A stretch of 63,997 nucleotides of DNA, counting the filler, from Octopus bimaculoides (taxonomy: Eukaryota), in NCBI RefSeq assembly GCF_001194135.2. It is 7 parts of 6 records of this genome, joined end to end, with 100 filler letters (N's around TTAATTAATTAA, not from the genome) between each part and the next. Parts side by side here need not be neighbours in the genome. Positions count along the whole stretch, not along the records: positions 44,717 to 55,843 come from NC_069002.1; positions 55,944 to 60,095 come from NC_068982.1; positions 60,196 to 62,366 come from NW_026323519.1; positions 62,467 to 63,997 come from NC_068981.1; 3 more parts are not named here. One strand, written 5' to 3'. Both the position numbers and the translations under genes were made by a program. The stretch's first letter is position 1; each line of letters opens with the position of its first letter. A model generated the notes under the pieces. That model did no database searches and was not told where the DNA came from. It saw only the letters and a program-made list of their open reading frames with translations. Of this stretch, positions 50,085-63,000 are shown one piece after another.

Positions 50085-50830
50085 CAATCTGCCAGAAATA
50101 GCAGTCAAAGTTCCCTCAGATCACATCCTAATCTTAAAATTACCAAGTTATATTTGATCCTAAAGTCCTAGGTACACTATGTAAATAATATAAAACGATG
50201 TGGTCACTACTCGATTGTCTGAAATCCTATATCTGCTCGATCACTGGTCGTCGACCCGGCGTTGAATGACAACATAGACCGGCTTCGATAATTATGAAAA
50301 AATATAAAAGGTTTGCCGTGGAGGGCGCTGTGTTGACGACTGTGACTTTATTTAACGATATTATTGAGTGAAAAAAACTGTAAGATAGATCCACCTTGTT
50401 TAATTAATTAACAACTCTGATTAATCTTAAAATAATCAACATTCCTCAATAAACAAGCAAATTGAAATACGCGATAACTTATAAGTACATTAACACCACT
50501 ACCAACAACAACAATTATACGATCCACGCAGCAAAACAACAATAACAACAACAACAGCATTTATACAGCAATACGCGGTTACATAACAACAACTGAGCGA
50601 TACAACAAGGATATATACAACAACACGGCTATACAACATGGAGATACTACAACTTGGGCTAACGAGGAAACTTATAAGCTAGAAATAGCACCAAAGTTCT
50701 TTTAGTCATAGCCGCCATCTTAAACTATGATGGACACATTAGGCATTGCAGTGAGTTATATACAAAGAGTTGGGATGGTCAAAATTGGTGTGCCTCCGAT
50801 TATACATATATGCAATCAAAATTGGCCTGG
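50085..50830 (+). repeat. Two diverged copies of a further interspersed repeat (family E); related pieces at ~40680 and ~52355
   Basis: Shared motif ag(a)aatagca(g/c)(t/c)caaa..tcttaaa..(g/t)ggatggtca at 50095, 50660 and 52370. Confidence 0.5.
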
Positions 50831-51352
50831 AGTTAAATAATAACAGCTTGTTTAAGATGACAGACCACTAAATATTTTGCCTCAGCTTATCTCCAGATCA
50901 TGTCAATAGGATGGAAAGGGCCCAGAGGCGCCGTGTGAGCCTTATTTGGCTTAAAATTTTGCACAGGCATTATTAACATCTTGCATGGGCATTACTGCTT
51001 AATTTTTATGGGTATACAATGTCCTTCATGGTCAGTGATAGTCTTTTTCGGTCACGAGTGGACAGCTATCATCTATGTAAAGTGGTGAATGGCCAGAATT
51101 GTTAGTTTTGCGGTATTTACTCAGATTCTTTAAGTTCTGAGTTCAAATACCACAGGTGTCCATGATGCCTTTCATCCTCCTGGTTCCTGTAAAATAAGAT
51201 TCCGGTCCACGGCGATGGATTGGTCTGATTGGTGAAATGTTGGGCGAAATATCACGTGGTTTTGTTCCAATTTCGTTCCTTTTCCGTCCTGAATTCATTG
51301 ATGATAGCACACAACATAGCTAAGTTGTATCGTCTTCTGTCTTTCTGTTAGA

Positions 51353-51460
51353 TAAAGAGAGCGGGGACTTATTATATGGACCTTCCTCAAGAGCCACAAA
51401 ACCCTTTCTCAAACTGAGGGTTCTCATCAACTGGGACTTTCCATTGGAAGAGACATAGCT
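51353..51460 (+). CDS. Candidate terminal exon (xKESGDLLYGPSSRATKPFLKLRVLINWDFPLEET* or IKRAGTYYMDLPQEPQNPFSN*)
   Basis: Strong acceptor cgtcttctgtctttctgttag|; frame ambiguous. Confidence 0.22.
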
Positions 51461-52118
51461 AATTCTGAATAACTGAGGTCCTGAATGTGTTGGTGGTCTA
51501 TGTGAGTTTGTGTCTGAGTCTTGTATTCTTATATTCGGGGCGTTAACAAACAACAAAGAATATCCATATACGCCATTTCCTTCTCTGTGCGTGTGAATGG
51601 CCGTGTGGTGTGTGTGATGTGTATGTGTGTGTGTGAATGTGTGCGTGTGAATGCGTGTGTATGTGAGTGTGTGTGTGTCTGTGTGTGTGGACTCACAGAT
51701 ATAAATCAACAATCAACAACAGCACTACCCGTAACTCTCAATTCATGACAGTTCAGCCCACTACCACCGCTACCACCACCACCACCACCACCACTACTCC
51801 ATGACCACCACCACCAACTAACACCACCCTCACCACCATCATAACTATGCTTATCCCGTCACCAGCACCACCATCATTATTCGAGGTTTACCTCCATCAT
51901 CACGACTCCCCCCTTCCCGTCATTTTAACAATCCACTGACAACACCATGATGGCGACGACCACCGCTAACAACGCAACAACAACAACAGCCACAATAACA
52001 ACAACAATAGCAACAACAAACGATAATGAGATGAAATGGCAGCAATAGATTGATGGATCGGTTAAAGTTAGTTTACATTAGCAGGTGACGTCACTGTTGT
52101 TGTTGCTGCTGCTGCTGC

Positions 52119-52149
<31 letters not shown>

Positions 52150-52189
52150 CTTGTTCTTGTTGTTGTTCTTGTTGTTGTTCTTGTTGTTG

Positions 52190-52221
<32 letters not shown>

Positions 52222-53119
52222 GGTTCCGCCCCTGGCAATTACCTCTTCCCTCCACCACTCTCCACCAGACACCCCCGTCCCCAACATCATTTTATCATTT
52301 CATCCTCACCCTTGATCTCCCATTCAACGAGTCTAGGACTCCAAATGAAGGAGACATGACCCGTTAGAAATAGTAGCCAAATCCCCACCTCAACTAACGT
52401 GATAGCATCTTTAAAAGGGAGAGTCATATTTTGTAGCCTTTAATAAAGAAATAGTACAGGATGGTCATAGATAGAACGTCTTTGAACAGAGGCGAAGATT
52501 GATTTGGGTCTTAAGGACAAGTCAGGTTCAAACAAACGCACCAGGAAGCGTTTAGCTGATCTTTCTAACTACTAGAAACAACAGCTAGATATCACTTTAC
52601 CTTCGATCACGGCCTACTGTCTAAGAAGGACATAGTTTTGCTGATTTGATAAAATAGTAACGGTCTTGAACAGTTTTGGCCAAAGGTTTGTCAATGAGAG
52701 CTTTCCTGAGGTTAAACATTCAGTTACCATGGGGTGGGGTTTAAGTGTTAAGAAGTTCCATCCTTAGTCATGACACACGAGATTCGAACCCACAGTGAGG
52801 CACAACAGATCAGGTCGAGCAATACATCGTGAGTGAAACTGGATAGATTGAAACTGTAAGGAAGCCTGGCAGACAGATAGTAGCAGTAATTCAAACGAGG
52901 AGCACTGATAGTCTTGATCAACCTGGGGACTACATTAAGGACACATGTATGTGTAGAATACATCTATCAGTGACTCATTAACTCAGTGACTCATTAACTC
53001 AGTCATCGTCGAAAACGACGAAGGATCCTTAATTTTTTTTATCTTGAGACAAAGTTTGAACCGGAATCTTGCTATAAGTCATTACACACCCATACACAAC
53101 AACAACAACAACAACAACA

Positions 53120-53540
53120 GCACATTGTCGCCATAGAGCGGACCCGGTTTTATTTCCTTATAAACCCAGACAGAGGGCGTTGATGGTTGAGTCAGCAGCA
53201 GATGAAGTCAGAGATCTTTGTTTCAATCCCGCCATCCGGACCTCGCTGTTTTCTTCAGTTGCTTACAACACTTCTAGCTACAAAGAAGTGCCGGCGACCG
53301 CGTTTCAAAACTTGCACGTTCTTTTAAAACTTACAGGACAAAGATTTTCGCTTTTGGGGGTAAGAGGAAAACCGGAAGAGGAGTTGGGATGCCACTGCTC
53401 GGTGTCATCAGAGCGACAAATCACCCATTGATGGATTCTTTCCATCTCGAAAACGTCATGCGATTAATTCGATCGTCTGACAACAATCGATCGAAGCATT
53501 TTGTATGAAAACTGTCGTCTCTTACATCGATCGAAACACA
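53120..53540. promoter_or_regulatory. CpG-richer promoter-like patch
   Basis: ETS-like ACCGGAAG (~53370), YY1/E2F-like GATGGCGGGA (minus, ~53227-53236), several ATCGATCG; possible donors on both strands (gggg|gtaaga on +, cct|gtaagt on -). Confidence 0.4.
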
Positions 53541-53989
53541 GCGCCATCTACCGTCATCCACTGTCGTACTCCCCCTCCCCCCACATACACAACACAGCAC
53601 CACCCCGCTATCATCATCCCTTCCCTCCACGACCACCACCACCACCAGCCGTCTCGTTAATGTTTTATTGCGACACAACGACCACACATTTATAAAAGTG
53701 ATAAGTCTTTACGCACAGAAAAAGGAAAATGGTCGCCAATTAGTAAAAGTGAGAGGGTGTTGGGAGGTGGCAGAACACCCTCTTTCTCTTTACTACTAAC
53801 TCCCACCCTTCCCTCGGTATATGTATGTATGTATGTATGTGTGTGTATCCACCTTCCCACCCACCTTCCTCTCGTAGCCGTTTCAATGGACGTTTATTTT
53901 TATTTATTCTTTTACCTCAATATTTGTGGCGAGCGGACATTATAAGGTGTCGGGTTTCCGATGATACGGCGTCATTTCGCTTTCTCTCT

Positions 53990-53994
53990 CACCT

Positions 53995-54032
<38 letters not shown>

Positions 54033-54327
54033 TATCTTTTTCTCTCTCTCCTACTTTCTCTCTTTCTTCCACTCTCTCTCTCACTCGCTGATTTTCTCTC
54101 TCTTTCTAACTCTTTCTCCCTCTCTCTCTCTCTCTCAGTCTCTTTCTCTCTCTCATTCTCTCTGATTCTCTCTCTGACTTTTTCTCTTTCTCTCTTCCTC
54201 TCTCTCTTCCTTTCTGTCTGATTCTCTCTCATTGTTCTCCCTTCTCTCATTGTTCTCCCTTCTCTCATTGTTCTCCCCTCTCTGTCTCTGTCTCTCTCTC
54301 TGTCTATCTATCTATCTATCTATCTAG

Positions 54328-54380
<53 letters not shown>

Positions 54381-54402
54381 ACTCTCTCTCTCACTCTTTC
54401 TC

Positions 54403-54473
<71 letters not shown>

Positions 54474-54510
54474 CCTTTATCTATCTGTCTCCGTCTTTCT
54501 CTCTCTCTCA
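53990..54510. repeat. Compound (CT)n/(CTAT)n tract containing an 18-bp unit x3 (tctctcattgttctccct)
   Basis: Directly visible. Confidence 0.93.
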
Positions 54511-55316
54511 GCTTCAGCAGGAGACAGACTCTACTTCATCAAACGATGTTTTGTATACAGTTCGTGTCTACTCAATGGACGAATGGGAGAGAAGTTCGGT
54601 TAGCAATTACCAGGCCCCGGATTCGATCTCACCGCGTAGAATTCAGGGCAAATGTCAATTACCATTGGCTCAGGTCAACCTTTGCCTTAATGACTGAAAA
54701 CGAGAAAACAGAAAATGTGTGGAAGCCCAACCAGTGAATTATATCCATATTGTAAAGGGTACAACCTTGTCACACTGATTCTACGTGAGAATTACGTTAA
54801 AGACACACAAGTCTGTGAGATACTCAGCATTTTATTTACTAATTCATTGAGTAAATAGCTCAGTTGATTGAATAATTCAGTTGAGAGAATAATTGAATCC
54901 TGATCGTCGAAACCGATCGAGATCCATTTTTTTCACTATTTTTTATTATGTATTGCAGCCGTTTTCCCCCCGAGTTTTTTCTACACGAAGGTGTCACAGT
55001 AAATGGATCCTCCGTCACTTTCAATGATGAATATTCAGTTCGATCAATGAAATTGATTATTCTGTGAATTAGCATAATTAAAGTACACTTTAAATAGAAT
55101 CAGTTTGTCACAGTGTTGGGCACGGTTAGATCTTCGAACTACAGAAATGTGATGGAGCTTTCAGACACCCGACCTATTTTCAGATCTGCTCTCATTGTTT
55201 GACTCGCTCCGGTGCTATGAAAACAAGTCCCGTGACCAATAACCCACGCTTTGAGATCGAACCGAGTACCTCATGGTTGCGGAGCGAACTTCTTAACCAC
55301 TTGGCCATGGCCGCGG

Positions 55317-55352
<36 letters not shown>

Positions 55353-55801
55353 ATTTTACCTTTTAGGCAGAGAGAGTAAAGTGTCGCAGCCCAGATTCCC
55401 CTTTTCTTTTTCTGTGTCTCCGAGACAACTGACTGGAAGGGAAGATGTCAGCCTTCAACATGGGACTTGTCCCTCCCTAATGTCTGGATAAAGGAACCAT
55501 AAGGACCAAGTGATGATGTAAAAACGAGTGAAGGATTAAGTCTACTGACGGATTAAGATTCTGTGTGTGTACACATATACATGTATATGTGTCTGTGCGT
55601 ATCAATGTATACGTGTGTATGTGTGCTCATATGTATAGGACACATGTAATACATACTTTGTTCCTTCACCTGTCTTCGTCTTTTGTTTTCTGTAAATTTG
55701 AACTATATATTTACATATATGTATAACTATATATATGAAATTGAACTGTATATATATATATATATATATATAACTATGTATGTGTATGTATATATATATG
55801 G

Positions 55802-55842
<41 letters not shown>

Positions 55843-55943
55843 TNNNNNNNNNNNNNNNNNNNNNNNNNNNNNNNNNNNNNNNNNNNNTTAATTAATTAAN
55901 NNNNNNNNNNNNNNNNNNNNNNNNNNNNNNNNNNNNNNNNNNN

Positions 55944-56395
55944 AGTATCTCGTTCTTATGTGAGATGCAGTGGACGGCACCTTTGGCACCATGCAGTGGC
56001 GACCCGTGCGGGCATTCCTATAGTACTTGATGCCAAAGTTTGGCACCAGTCCTTCCAGTATTTTCCATATGTATATTATTACATATCTTTCCTGCCTGCG
56101 CTCCATAGAGTAGAGACCTAGTGCCTTCAGTCGCTCCCTGTAGTTCATCTGTTGGACTGCGGCGATCTTTTTTGTATAGTGCCGCTGAATTGCCTCGAGT
56201 TCTGCTGTCCGCTTGACACTGTGTGGTGACCACAACTGAGAGCAATAGTCTAGGCGGCTCAGAACAAATGTCTTCCATAGAGTCAACATGACTTTTTGAT
56301 CCCTTGTACGGAATGTCCTCAGTATCCACCCTGCCAGTTGTCTGCACTTTGCTGTCAACTTGACAATGTGCATGTGAAATGATGCATCACTACAC
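55944..56395 (-). mobile_element. CR1-type LINE ORF2 3' region, relatively well preserved, cut by a gap
   Basis: AGWILRTFRTRD..LTLWKTFVLSRLDYCSQLWSP..AELEAIQRHYTKKI..YRERLKALGLYSMERRQERY; same family as 11060-11421. Confidence 0.92.
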
Positions 56396-56872
56396 ATGTT
56401 GATGTATGAAGATAATTTTATAATTTCGTCAAACCGAAAAGTAATTTCGTATAATTGAAAAATAAAAATAGGACTGCAGATGGAAGTGGTCAGGTAACAC
56501 TTTAAAAGGTATCATAAATAAACGCTCCAACTGGTTAAAACAACTTTATAACATTCCCAGATTATCATAAATTGAACATAAATATACATTAAAACATCAG
56601 GGCATCCAATGATAAAATTCAGTAGTATAAAATATACACATATATACGAAGGAAAGGCGATAAAACCTAAAAGGGTAATACGAGTGAAGTCGAATGAAGA
56701 AAAATATATGGGTTAAATTAATGCATAATAAAAGCGAGTAAGAATTTAAGGCAATGAAACTAAAATAATATAAATATATTAAAAAAAAATATTGGGCATA
56801 GCGGTAACCAGAAAAGAGTCCATTGAAATCCATTCTACGATCGTTTCAAAAGACGTTGCTTCACTTCGTCAA

Positions 56873-56961
56873 TGCAAAATCCATTAAGGAAATCCAATGG
56901 CAATGACCTTTTCTCCCGAAGAAAATGTTATTGCCATTGGATTTCCTTAATGGATTTTACG
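56873..56961 (+). ncRNA. Long near-perfect hairpin (~41-bp stem, 5-nt loop); function unproven
   Basis: gcaaaatccattaaggaaatccaatggcaatgaccttttct-cccga-agaaaatgttattgccattggatttccttaatggattttacg; G.U-compatible on the + strand. The structure is certain, the ncRNA call is inference. Confidence 0.3.
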
Positions 56962-57699
56962 CACATATATATGTCTTACATATACATGCCTGTATATGTA
57001 TGCAACTATGTGCATGCATCTGTGTATTTTGATGTATATATGTATATTATAGATGGTCTAGTATATATGGGTATATACTGTTGTAAAATATTTATGTAAT
57101 GCAGCGTGAAAATTTTAATTTTAATTTTAATGTATTAACCGACTTATATTTCGTATATAATTATTTACAATATGTATTTTGAATCTACTCTTCGATTTAA
57201 AGTTTTCTTCGATTTTACAATAGGATGAATTTATATTGAATTCATTTATTTTGTTCATTGCATGCTTAAGACCGTTAATTGAAAGGACCAATGAAACAAG
57301 TCCATTTTTAAAGGTGTATCCTTTAACGAGTTTTTGANNNNNNNNNNNNNNNNNNNNNNNNNNNNNNNNNNNNNNNNNNNNNNNNNNNNNNNNNNNNNNN
57401 NNNNNNNNNNNNNNNNNNNNNNNNNNNNNNNNNNNNNNNNNNNNNNNNNNNNNNNNNNNNNNNNNNNNNNNNNNNNNNNNNNNNNNNNNNNNNNNNNNNN
57501 NNNNNNNNNNNNNNNNNNNNNNNNNNNNNNNNNNNNNNNNNNNNNNNNNNNNNNNNNNNNNNNNNNNNNNNNNNNNNNNNNNNNNNNNNNNNNNNNNNNN
57601 NNNNNNNNNNNNNNNNNNNNNNNNNNNNNNNNNNNNNNNNNNNNNNNNNNNNNNNNNNNNNNNNNNNNNNNNNNNNNNNNNNNNNNNNNNNNTAAACGA

Positions 57700-57899
57700 A
57701 GACATAAGCGCAGATCTGGCTGTGTTGTTAAGAAGCTCGTTTTGTAACCACGTTGTTTCAGTTCCTGTCCCACTGCGCATCATCCCAAGGTAAGTATCTT
57801 CTTCTATAGCACCAAGCCGACTGAAGCCTTGTCAGTGAATTTAGTACACGGAAAGTGTGTGGAAGCTCGTTGTATACACACTAACACAAGCACACACAC

Positions 57900-57950
<51 letters not shown>

Positions 57951-58180
57951 CGTGCGTGCGCGCGCGCGTCTATCTGTTTGTCCGCCCCATCGCATGATAA
58001 CTGATGTTAGTTTTTTTGCATTTCCGTACTTTAGTGGTTCGGCAAAAGCACTCGATAGAATAAGTATCAGACTTTAAAAAATATGAATTTGGACAGACTT
58101 GTCCAATTAAACCCTCCAAAGAGCTGCCGTAACATAACTGCAGTCCAATGACTGAAACAAGTTAAAGATACAAGAAAAAT
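57700..58180 (+). mobile_element. SINE family B, diverged, plus orientation
   Basis: tcccactgcgc..ggtaagtatcttcttctatagc..gccttgtcagtgaat, CA/TG tract, tail gcagtccaatgactgaaacaagttaaaga. Confidence 0.8.
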
Positions 58181-58884
58181 AAAAGATAAAAATGAATATG
58201 AGAAAAGATAATGAAACCCAGGTCAGAAAGGCACAACGTTGCAGTAGCACGATATTCATTTTATGCATTGCATTGACGATAAAACTAACTACTTATGGGA
58301 AATTAAATAGAACATTCTAGTAGAGAGAAAAATTCACTTGATAAAAAAAAAAAACTACACAATTATTTAATACAAAAACTAAACAAAATAAGAAACGTTA
58401 ATATGTTAACTTTCACTTCTGTTCATTAACGATTTCACATTTTTAATTTCTTTACTTAGATATTCTTCTAGGTTGACATGCAAGTTGTTGACACAAGCAT
58501 CCTTATACGAATACTAGAGAATCTCATACAAGCATTCTTGAAAGTGCCAGAAAATGTTAGCTCTCTGCCTTATAGGCAATCCTTTATTCGCCAGCTACTT
58601 ACATATCATTAGACTGCTTACTCTTTCTTTATCTCCATCGGTTCCTACAACATGATCTCCTTAGAACTTACTATATATCATTACACGTCCTGTATCCTTT
58701 ATACGCCTATCTCTCTTCAATCAACCATACTTTCCTTAACTTTTCTCCTCTAAATCCAATATTTTCCTGAAAATTATTGGCATAAACGTCATCAAGCGGT
58801 CCTTAAGTATCGGTTTTGTAGCTACGAATAAGGCTATCAGCACCAGGTTGATCGAATAAAAAAGACTGAGATATAACTCCTTCA

Positions 58885-59093
58885 AATTTTGACATAAGGC
58901 CAAAAGTTTTAGGGAGACGAGTTAGTCGATTTAATCGACCTCAGTACTCAACTGGCACTTTATTTTATCGACTCTGAATGGATGAAAGCAACGTTAACCT
59001 CGATGAGACTGGAACTTAGAACGTAAGGAACCAGCAGAAACGTCACTAAGTATTTTGTCTGAGGTGCTAACGATTCTGCCAATTCATCGCCTT
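58885..59093 (-). mobile_element. SINE family A, diverged
   Basis: gtcgatttaatcgacctcagtactcaactggcac..ctaacgattctgccaattcatcgcc. Confidence 0.85.
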
Positions 59094-59494
59094 GACACGG
59101 ATAAATAATATGATAGCAGGTGCATAACATGTGACATCAGGGTCTCGGAAACAATCAATTTACAAATCTTAATCGGAATTTTCAGAGAAATAAAATCACT
59201 TTAAACGTATGGCAATATCAGCTAATGATTGCCTTGTGCATACATAAATGATTAATGAATAGCTTCATTTACATATCTAAGCAACACTGTCTCTGATGAC
59301 AACCGACTTGTAATTTAACATAATAATTACTGCTTCCGTTTTCTTCAGTTAATTGCAGAGCAGTGTGTGACATCGTTCTGGAATAGAAAAAAAAGAGGAA
59401 GCACTTAAATTACACTATATATAGAACTATGACTTTGATCTGCGCAGTTTGTACAAGTATATGGATTCATATTTAATTGCATAGTTTATATTCG

Positions 59495-59670
59495 CTTTAA
59501 ATTTTGGCACCAGGCCAGCAATTTCGGGGAGGGGAAAGTCGATTACATCGACCCCAGTGTTCAACTCGTACTTACTTTATCGACCCTGAAAGTATGAAAG
59601 ACAAAGTCGACCCCGGCGTAATTTGAACTTAGAACGTGAAGACGGACAGTATGCCACTAAATATTTTGTC
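59495..59670 (-). mobile_element. SINE family A, type-2 tail
   Basis: aaattttggcaccaggccagcaatttcgggg..aaagtcgaccccggcgtaatttgaacttagaacg. Confidence 0.87.
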
Positions 59671-60028
59671 TGGTCTATATGTCTATTAGTATGTCAATTA
59701 AAGCACATTCACCGTTTGGGCTACATGATGTCATTCACAGTAACGAGATAATTTTCACTGGATCTACGTCAGGAATTCCGCAGTGTTTATTGAGTTAATA
59801 ATTGATAAAAGAAGAGGAAGATGGATTTAGTACGAATTTTTATTCAGCACGATGATCGTTTCGACCCATCCTGCATCTGTTCCATAGGGGTAGGATATTG
59901 TGCATCTAGTTGTGTTGCATCAATCAGTGCAGGTTGTGTCACTTCAGGTGCTTGGTGTAGAAAATGATATCCTACTAGATATACTGAGTTCTCCTTGGCA
60001 TGTTGTTCTGGCTAGCTGTACAATGGTA

Positions 60029-60089
60029 CACTGACAGAGGGTAGGATAAGCTTGAGGTTGTAACCGGCGAATCCTACCCTCTATCAGTG
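60029..60089. mobile_element. 61-bp TA-flanked palindromic mini-MITE / hairpin
   Basis: ta|cactgacagagggtaggat..atcctaccctctatcagtg|ta; 21-bp stem including TA, one mismatch, 23-nt loop. Confidence 0.55.
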
Positions 60090-62079
60090 TATATANNNNN
60101 NNNNNNNNNNNNNNNNNNNNNNNNNNNNNNNNNNNNNNNTTAATTAATTAANNNNNNNNNNNNNNNNNNNNNNNNNNNNNNNNNNNNNNNNNNNNATACA
60201 TACGTATGTGTTTGTGTAAGCATATATATATGCATATGCTTATAAATATATATACATATATATATATATGTATATGTACATATGTATATATAGAGATAGA
60301 TAGATAGATAGATAGATAAATAGATAGAGAGAGAGAGATACAAACATACATATATACATACATACATACATATACATCCATGTATGTTTATAAAAAATAT
60401 GTATGTATCAATTATTATCATTATGAAAACTACTTGACGTTTGACCTTTCCAAGAATTAAAATATTTGTGTTTTGTGCACACCGTTTTGTTGTGTTCATT
60501 ATTATTGCTGCTGCTGCTGCTGCTGTTGCTGCTGTTGCTGAAGCAGTTATATCTGGTGGCAATGATGGTGATGATGATGATGATGATCATCATCATCATG
60601 TCGATTATGATGATCATGATTATGATGTTGGTGTTGATGATGGTGATGACATTGTAGCTAATAATGATACACTTATATTTTTCTAGTTCTTATTGATCCT
60701 ACAATCATCATCATCATCGTCATCATCCTCATCATCATCATCATCATCATCGTCGTCGTCGTCGTCGTCTTCATGTCCTTCAAAGCTTTCATCATTATTT
60801 NNNNNNNNNNNNNNNNNNNNNNNNNNNNNNNNNNNNNNNNNNNNNNNNNNNNNNNNNNNNNNNNNNNNNNNNNNNNNNNNNNNNNNNNNNNNNNNNNNNN
60901 NNNNNNNNNNNNNNNNNNNNNNNNNNNNNNNNNNNNNNNNNNNNNNNNNNNNNNNNNNNNNNNNNNNNNNNNNNNNNNNNNNNNNNNNNNNNNNNNNNNN
61001 NNNNNNNNNNNNNNNNNNNNNNNNNNNNNNNNNNNNNNNNNNNNNNNNNNNNNNNNNNNNNNNNNNNNNNNNNNNNNNNNNNNNNNNNNNNNNNNNNNNN
61101 NNNNNNNNNNNNNNNNNNNNNNNNNNNNNNNNNNNNNNNNNNNNNNNNNNNNNNNNNNNNNNNNNNNNNNNNNNNNNNNNNNNNNNNNNNNNNNNNNNNN
61201 NNNNNNNNNNNNNNNNNNNNNNNNNNNNNNNNNNNNNNNNNNNNNNNNNNNNNNNNNNNNNNNNNNNNNNNNNNNNNNNNNNNNNNNNNNNNNNNNNNNN
61301 NNNNNNNNNNNNNNNNNNNNNNNNNNNNNNNNNNNNNNNNNNNNNNNNNNNNNNNNNNNNNNNNNNNNNNNNNNNNNNNNNNNNNNNNNNNNNNNNNNNN
61401 NNNNNNNNNNNNNNNNNNNNNNNNNNNNNNNNNNNNNNNNNNNNNNNNNNNNNNNNNNNNNNNNNNNNNNNNNNNNNNNNNNNNNNNNNNNNNNNNNNNN
61501 NNNNNNNNNNNNNNNNNNNNNNNNNNNNNNNNNNNNNNNNNNNNNNNNNNNNNNNNNNNNNNNNNNNNNNNNNNNNNNNNNNNNNNNNNNNNNNNNNNNN
61601 NNNNNNNNNNNNNNNNNNTATATATTTCTTTATATCATTATGTATTTATATATTGGTTGGTATTTCTACTTCAGTTTCAAACACCCACTTCTATTACACA
61701 ATTGCTACTTCCACTCCTTCCTGGACCACCTCCAGCAACACGACTTTATTTATATATCTATATCTTTATTTCAGTATTTATTTATTTATTTACTCTGTTC
61801 CTCTCAGTTTCTATTTTCGATTATCTTCACACCACGAATTAAACGGCATTTACGAATACAATGCGTGAAAATGGTGCTTCAATAAGATTACCAATAATAA
61901 TAATAATGATACTGATGATGATGATGATAATAATAATAATAATAATAATGATGATGATGATAATAATAATAATAATGATGATGATAATAATTGAAATGAG
62001 GAGCTTGTAAGAACAAAAACAAAAATAGCATCAAGTCAGAAATAATAATAATAATTGAAATAATACTAGTTAAAGTAAT

Positions 62080-62144
62080 CGCTATGGTGGTGGTGATGGT
62101 GGTGGTGGTGGTGATGATGATGATGATGATGGTGGTGGTTGTAG

Positions 62145-62206
<62 letters not shown>

Positions 62207-62366
62207 ATGATGACGGTGATGATGATGATGATAGTGATGATGAGGGTGATGATGATGATGATGATGATGATGTTGAGGCTGATGACGTTGATAATGATGA
62301 TTATGAGGATGATGAAGATGATGACGATGACGATGATGATGATGACGACGATGATGATGATGATGA
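62080..62366. repeat. Long (GAT)n/(GGT)n microsatellite
   Basis: Directly visible; gives a poly-M pseudo-ORF. Confidence 0.95.
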
Positions 62367-62499
62367 NNNNNNNNNNNNNNNNNNNNNNNNNNNNNNNNNN
62401 NNNNNNNNNNTTAATTAATTAANNNNNNNNNNNNNNNNNNNNNNNNNNNNNNNNNNNNNNNNNNNNATACATATATATGTACATATACATATATATATG

Positions 62500-63000
62500 G
62501 GGGGGGTCCATTGCGTGGATTGTCTCTTTGTTTCTGACTCAAAGTAATTAACCAAACGTTCAAACTTGTTTACGAAATGTTCAAAGAAACCAGCTGGATC
62601 AGCTTCAAACAATGTCAGATTTTCCTGTGATGTGAACAGCTTCGGGCGATTTTGATCCGCATTCAGATGTGACACTCGCCGAGCAGAAACCTTCATCATG
62701 CCTAGGTCTTTGCGCAGGATATTCTCAACTTTTTCACATCATATGCTAATAGCATTGACTGTATTCAAACACCTGTCATTCATTACCATGTGGGGAGCAG
62801 TATCAATGTTGCTGGACGTTCATGACATTCCTTCTCCATCCTAAATACAGCTTCATTTTTAACACAGCTAGAGAGCCATCCCCTAATGTACTGGATGTCT
62901 GAAACATATCAGTATGAACATCCTTGGAGGCTGAGCCCTTTTTCTCTAGGTATTTAATAAGATCTCGATCTCGGTGCCAATTTTTTTTTGTTTCCATTAA
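62500..63000 (-). mobile_element. Degenerate mariner transposase, N-terminal half
   Basis: METKKNWHRDRDLIKYLEKKG..KDVHTDMFQT..LG (HTH region) then MKVSARRVSHLNADQ..SQENLTLFEADPAGF..ETKRQSTQW (KVSARWVP and ..PETKRQS.QW motifs); frameshifted. Confidence 0.88.

Noticed and set aside
50860-50960. DHVNRMERAQRRRVSLI resembling the CR1 LE.VQRR motif
   Set aside because: Too short and degraded to list as a supported feature
54512-54600. Candidate exon after the CT tract (LQQETDSTSSNDVLY.. or SAGDRLYFIKR..)
   Set aside because: The apparent pyrimidine tract is just the microsatellite, there is no good donor, and it runs into a SINE remnant
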